DNA of 64,000 bases from an uncultured Gemmatimonadaceae bacterium (GTDB lineage Bacteria; Gemmatimonadota; Gemmatimonadetes; Gemmatimonadales; Gemmatimonadaceae). A program made the position numbers and the translations under genes. The stretch is taken from positions 1,472,001 through 1,536,000 of the forward strand of contig CAVUDW010000002.1 in assembly GCA_963740355.1 (NCBI GenBank). Direction: 5' to 3'. Under the pieces are notes generated by a model that did not search any database, was not told where the DNA came from, and saw only the letters and a program-made list of their open reading frames with translations. Numbering within the stretch: position 1 is the first letter of the stretch; the number at the start of each line of letters is the position of its first letter. Positions 59,909 to 64,000 of the stretch are shown here, in pieces.

Positions 59909-60113
59909 GAACGACTCCTGAAAAAGGGGTACCTGCAATCGAGGACGATTGCCGGCTGTCGAACGACACACCCACGACGACACACGTACATCGTATCGCG
60001 TGTAGGTGCAATTCGACACTGTAATATACACCGGTTCCGCGCTTGAGTTCACTGCGCCAAGTGGTTTGTTTCCTTGCACTTATGCCACTGCTCCGACCGC
60101 TGGTCAGGCTCCG

Positions 60114-61178
60114 ATGAGCCTGCGAGATCGCCTCGACGACGCCGTAGCCCGCGCTGCCGTGGTGGAGCAGGAGCTGCTGGACCCCCGGACGGTCAAAGAT
60201 CCACGGCTTCTCGCCACCCTCGGCAAGGAGCACCAGCGCCTCCAGGACGTCGTGCGCCTGGCCGCCGAAGTGCGCCAGATCGAGCGCGAACTGGTAGAAT
60301 CGCGCGAAATGGCGAACGGCGACGACCCCGATTTCGCCACCGAGGCGCAGGCGGAGGTCGTACGGCTGGAAGAGCGCCTGGAACAACTCGACCGCGATCT
60401 CTATCCGCTGCTGGTGCCGCGCGATCCGCTCGACGATCGGCCCGCAATCATCGAAATCCGCGCCGGTACCGGCGGCGATGAAGCGGCGCTCTTCGCGGCC
60501 GATCTCTGGCGCATGTACGAACGCTTCTTCGCCCGTCAGGGATGGCGCATCGAAGTGATGTCGATGTCCGACGGCACCCTCGGTGGCATCAAGGAAGTCA
60601 TCGCACGTGTCGACGGCAGTGGCGCCTTCGGCACGATGCGCTGGGAGTCCGGCGTGCACCGCGTGCAGCGCGTACCGGCCACCGAAACCCAGGGGCGCAT
60701 CCATACCTCCGCCGCCACGGTGGCCGTGCTGCCGGAAGCGGAAGAAGTCGACGTCACGATCGAGGACAAGGATCTCCGCATCGATGTCTTCCGCTCGTCA
60801 GGGCCTGGTGGACAGAGCGTCAACACCACCGACTCGGCCGTGCGGATCACGCATATCCCCAGCGGGATCGTCGTCAGCCAGCAAGACCAGAAGTCGCAGC
60901 TGCAGAACAAGATCAAGGGGATGACGGTGCTCCGCTCCCGGTTGCTCGACCAGCGTCTCGCGAAGCTCGAGGCGGAACGCTCGCAGATGCGCAGCGCGCA
61001 GGTCGGCACCGGCGATCGCTCGGCCAAGATCCGCACCTACAACTATCCGCAGGATCGCATCACCGATCATCGGATCGGATTGTCTTTGCATGGCATGCAG
61101 TCGGTGATGGATGGCAACATCGGGCCGTTCATCGACGCACTGCAGGAGGCGGAAGTGAAGGAGCGGCTGGGTGGCTGA
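60114..61178 (+). CDS. prfA: peptide chain release factor 1
   Basis: EIRAGTGGDEA, RVPATE (PxT motif of RF1), GPGGQSVN, KIRTYNYPQ. Start ATG 60114. Confidence 0.96.
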   Translation: MSLRDRLDDAVARAAVVEQELLDPRTVKDPRLLATLGKEHQRLQDVVRLAAEVRQIERELVESREMANGDDPDFATEAQAEVVRLEERLEQLDRDLYPLLVPRDPLDDRPAIIEIRAGTGGDEAALFAADLWRMYERFFARQGWRIEVMSMSDGTLGGIKEVIARVDGSGAFGTMRWESGVHRVQRVPATETQGRIHTSAATVAVLPEAEEVDVTIEDKDLRIDVFRSSGPGGQSVNTTDSAVRITHIPSGIVVSQQDQKSQLQNKIKGMTVLRSRLLDQRLAKLEAERSQMRSAQVGTGDRSAKIRTYNYPQDRITDHRIGLSLHGMQSVMDGNIGPFIDALQEAEVKERLGG

Positions 61179-62094
61179 CCTGTCGCGCCCGCGCACCGTG
61201 GCCGCATTGCGCGACGCGATCGCGGCGAAACTGGGCGGTGCGGTCGAGCATCCGATGGATGAAGCGCGTGACCTGCTGGCCGGCCTGCACGACGCGCCGC
61301 GGTCATGGTCGACGGTGCATGCGGCAGACGAGGTGATCGACCTGTTGGTCGACGCGGCCGACGATGCTGCCGACCGTCGCATCTCCGGTGCGCCGATGGC
61401 GTATGCGATCGGGCGAGCGGCGTTCCGCCACCTCTTCCTGCACGTCGACGAACGGGTCCTGATTCCGCGGCCCGAGACGGAGGAACTGGTCACCCTCGCG
61501 CTGGCCTGCATTGGCCCTGGCACGACCGTGGTGGACGTCGGCACAGGGTCCGGCGCCATTGCACTCTCGATCGCGCAGGAGAGTCAGGCGGCCCGCGTGA
61601 TCGGGATCGACATTTCGCCAAGTGCGATCGAGGTCGCGGAGATGAACGCGCGCGCGGTCCTTCGCCGCGAGTATGCCCGGACCGAGTTCCTCGTCGGGAA
61701 CCTGCTGGAGCCACTGGGCGGTGAGCGGGTGGATGTGGTGGTCTCCAACCCGCCGTACATCGCCACTGGTGAGCGGGATGCGCTCCCGGATGGGGTGCGC
61801 AACTGGGAACCGGCGCTGGCGCTCTACGGCGGCGCGGATGGCATGTCGGTGATCCGGGAGCTGGTCGGGCAGGCGGAGGCGACGCTGACGGCCGGTGGCA
61901 TGCTCCTGATGGAGATCGACGCTCGACGAGCCGATGAGGCGCTGGCCTGCGTCACCAGGCCGCAGTGGCGGGACAGCAGGATCGTCCCCGACGCGTTCGG
62001 TCGGGACCGCTTCGTGGTGGCTCGGCGGACCGAGGCAACGGTTCGGGCTGCTGCTGGGTCTGAGGTCGGCGCTGGCAGTAGCCAAGCGCAGTAA
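61171..62094 (+). CDS. prmC: release factor glutamine methyltransferase
   Basis: VLIPRPETEELV, DVGTGSGAI, VSNPPY; follows prfA. Confidence 0.95.
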   Translation: MADLSRPRTVAALRDAIAAKLGGAVEHPMDEARDLLAGLHDAPRSWSTVHAADEVIDLLVDAADDAADRRISGAPMAYAIGRAAFRHLFLHVDERVLIPRPETEELVTLALACIGPGTTVVDVGTGSGAIALSIAQESQAARVIGIDISPSAIEVAEMNARAVLRREYARTEFLVGNLLEPLGGERVDVVVSNPPYIATGERDALPDGVRNWEPALALYGGADGMSVIRELVGQAEATLTAGGMLLMEIDARRADEALACVTRPQWRDSRIVPDAFGRDRFVVARRTEATVRAAAGSEVGAGSSQAQ

Positions 62095-62151
62095 CTTCTG
62101 GCATGGCGTGGGCCGTTCGGGTCCCGCGAATCCCCTTTGCAGTGGACTGAC

Positions 62152-62505
62152 ATGCTCGAGGAGAAAGCCAAGGAACTGGGCCGGCAGATCGGCCAGTCGA
62201 CGGAATATCAGGCGCTCAAGCGCGCGAACGACCTGCTGACGGAAGATGGCGAGGCGTCGTCGGTGCTTCGTCGCCTGTCGCAACTGCGCAGCGAAGCACA
62301 GCAATTCATCGAACGTGGCGAAGATCCGCCGCAGGAGATGGAGCAGGAACTCGACACGCTGCTGCAGAAGGTCGAGCTGAATCCCGTGTACCAGCGGGCG
62401 ATCGTGGCGCAGACCAATTTCGACAAGCTGATGATGCGCGTGAACGAGTTCATCTCGGAAGGAATTCGCACTGGTGCCGTGAGCAAGATCATTACATTGT
62501 CATGA
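62152..62505 (+). CDS. YlbF/YmcA-like helical protein
   Basis: LEEKAKELGR.I.QS.EY..L..A pattern and NP...; all-helical, about 117 aa. Confidence 0.7.
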   Translation: MLEEKAKELGRQIGQSTEYQALKRANDLLTEDGEASSVLRRLSQLRSEAQQFIERGEDPPQEMEQELDTLLQKVELNPVYQRAIVAQTNFDKLMMRVNEFISEGIRTGAVSKIITLS

Positions 62506-63176
62506 CAACATCCGCGGCGCGTGGGCGATTGATCGTGCTCGAGGGGGGCGACGGCGTCGGCAAGACGACGCAGCTCCCGCTCGTCGCCGAGGCGCTGCGC
62601 GCTCGCGGGTTGGTGGTGCACACGATTCGTGAGCCCGGACAGACGCAGGTGGGTCTGCAGGTTCGTGAGTTGCTGCTCAACCCCGACTCGACCATCAGCC
62701 CCGCCACGGAAGCCTTGCTTTTCCTTTCTGCCCGAGCCCAGGTGGTGGCCGAAGTCATCCAGCCGGCGTTGTCGCGTGGTGAATGGGTGGTCGCCGATCG
62801 GTTCTTCGTGTCCACCTATGCCTACCAGATCGCTGGCCATGGACTGGATGACGCACAGGTCCGATCAGCGAATTCCCTCGCCACCGGCGGGTTGGTGCCT
62901 GACCTCACGTTGCTGTTGACGCTCTCTCCGGAAACGGCTGGTGCACGACGGGCCTCGCGCGGCCTCGCTGACCGCCTGGAGCGGTACGGACCGGCGTTCG
63001 ACGCGCGGGTTGCGGCGGCGTACGAGGCGTCGGTGACGTCGGCGTGGCAGGCTCGCCACCCGGAATGCGGTCCAATCGTGCCCGTGCGTGCAGACGGTGC
63101 GGTTGCCGAGACGACCGGGCGACTGATCGAGGCCATCGTGGAACACACGAGCCCGAGTGTGGTGCTTACAGCATGA
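62502..63176 (+). CDS. tmk: thymidylate kinase
   Basis: EGGDGVGKTTQ, REPG, E.LLF..AR.Q, DRF..ST.AYQ, PDLT. Confidence 0.94.
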   Translation: MTTSAARGRLIVLEGGDGVGKTTQLPLVAEALRARGLVVHTIREPGQTQVGLQVRELLLNPDSTISPATEALLFLSARAQVVAEVIQPALSRGEWVVADRFFVSTYAYQIAGHGLDDAQVRSANSLATGGLVPDLTLLLTLSPETAGARRASRGLADRLERYGPAFDARVAAAYEASVTSAWQARHPECGPIVPVRADGAVAETTGRLIEAIVEHTSPSVVLTA

Positions 63177-63246
63177 CATCGCAGCGCGTGGCACACCTTG
63201 CCTCGGCCGAGTTCCATCAGCCGGCCAAACGACGACAGGGAAGGGC

Positions 63247-64000
63247 ATGAGCAAGGGTCGAAGTCTTACCGTCGTTGCGGTCCTCGGCCTCGCCATGGCA
63301 TCTGGCGGGTGGCTGATGGGCCGCAGCCTGCATCGCGATGCGCCGGCCACGGTCGACGGTCGCAAGCTGTTCGCGCAGGTGTTGGAGACGGTGCAGAATC
63401 AATTCGTCGATTCCATCCCGATCGATTCATTGTGGCACGAGTCGATGCTCGGCATGGTGAACGAGTTGCACGATCCGCATTCGGTGTTCCTGGTGGCGGA
63501 TCGCCTGAAGCGCTTTCGTGAGCAGACGACCGGGCAGTACGCCGGACTCGGTCTGCGCATGGACGTCCGTGACGGATGGATCACCGTCATCGCGCCGCTG
63601 CCCGGCTCGCCGTCGGAGGCTGCCGGCCTGATGACCGGCGACCGCGTGGTGACGATCGATGGCATGGGCACCAAGGGACTGACGTCGGAAGAGGCCCTGG
63701 TGAAGTTGCGTGGCGCCGCTGGCTCGAAGGTCGTGCTCACGGTGGAGCGTCTGGGCGTGGAGGGTCGGTTGACGTACAACCTCACGCGTCAGGTGATTCA
63801 CGTGCGAGCGGTGCAGCGCGTGGCGATGTTGCCCACCAAGGTCGGCTATCTCGACGTGAGTGTGTTCAGTGACTCCACTGCCGACGAAGTGGCGGCGGGC
63901 GTCGACTCCCTGACGAAGCTGGGGATGGAGTCGCTGGTTCTCGACCTGCGCGGAAATCCCGGTGGACTGGTGCAGCAGGGTGCCGATGTGGCTGATCTCT
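63247..64000 (+). CDS. S41 carboxyl-terminal protease (CtpA-like); runs off the window end
   Basis: Read by hand from ATG 63247: MSKGRSLTVVAVLGL..., L.DPHS, GQYAGLG, PDZ (PGSPS..AGL..GD), LVLDLRGNPGG. Confidence 0.9.
   Translation, partial: MSKGRSLTVVAVLGLAMASGGWLMGRSLHRDAPATVDGRKLFAQVLETVQNQFVDSIPIDSLWHESMLGMVNELHDPHSVFLVADRLKRFREQTTGQYAGLGLRMDVRDGWITVIAPLPGSPSEAAGLMTGDRVVTIDGMGTKGLTSEEALVKLRGAAGSKVVLTVERLGVEGRLTYNLTRQVIHVRAVQRVAMLPTKVGYLDVSVFSDSTADEVAAGVDSLTKLGMESLVLDLRGNPGGLVQQGADVADL

Overview
High-GC bacterial chromosome window. The gene neighbourhoods look like a phototrophic Gemmatimonadota (Gemmatimonas-like) genome, but this is inferred, not searched. 1-10.1 kb is the end of a purple-bacterial-type photosynthesis gene cluster: bchZYXC and crtF on -, divergent bchI-bchD-puhE-like on +, with paired PpsR/CrtJ TGT-N12-ACA boxes. 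Next come a divergent NrtR/GH3 beta-glucosidase pair with two operator palindromes, a TolC-MFP-ATPase exporter with four MacB-type permeases interrupted by a Gly-rich repeat protein, a frameshifted large membrane histidine kinase overlapping a tandem pseudokinase-kinase gene, and mostly housekeeping or signalling genes (comM, NtrC-like regulator, lepB, sigma70, yajQ, ada, rimO, hemL, prfA-prmC-ylbF-tmk-S41 protease). The most striking signal is a HUH/Y1 REP-associated-type tyrosine transposase gene (58268-58978) flanked by inverted arrays of a 25-bp hairpin, GATCAAGGGGTCAGAGATCTTGATC. The same repeat forms two transposase-free arrays at about 10.1-10.3 and 13.65-14.0 kb. The arrays share a rigid 71-bp unit (hairpin-N15-YAA-N19-TTA-N6) whose linker sequence varies while its length is fixed. 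All three loci start with GTAC exactly 15 nt before the first YAA.
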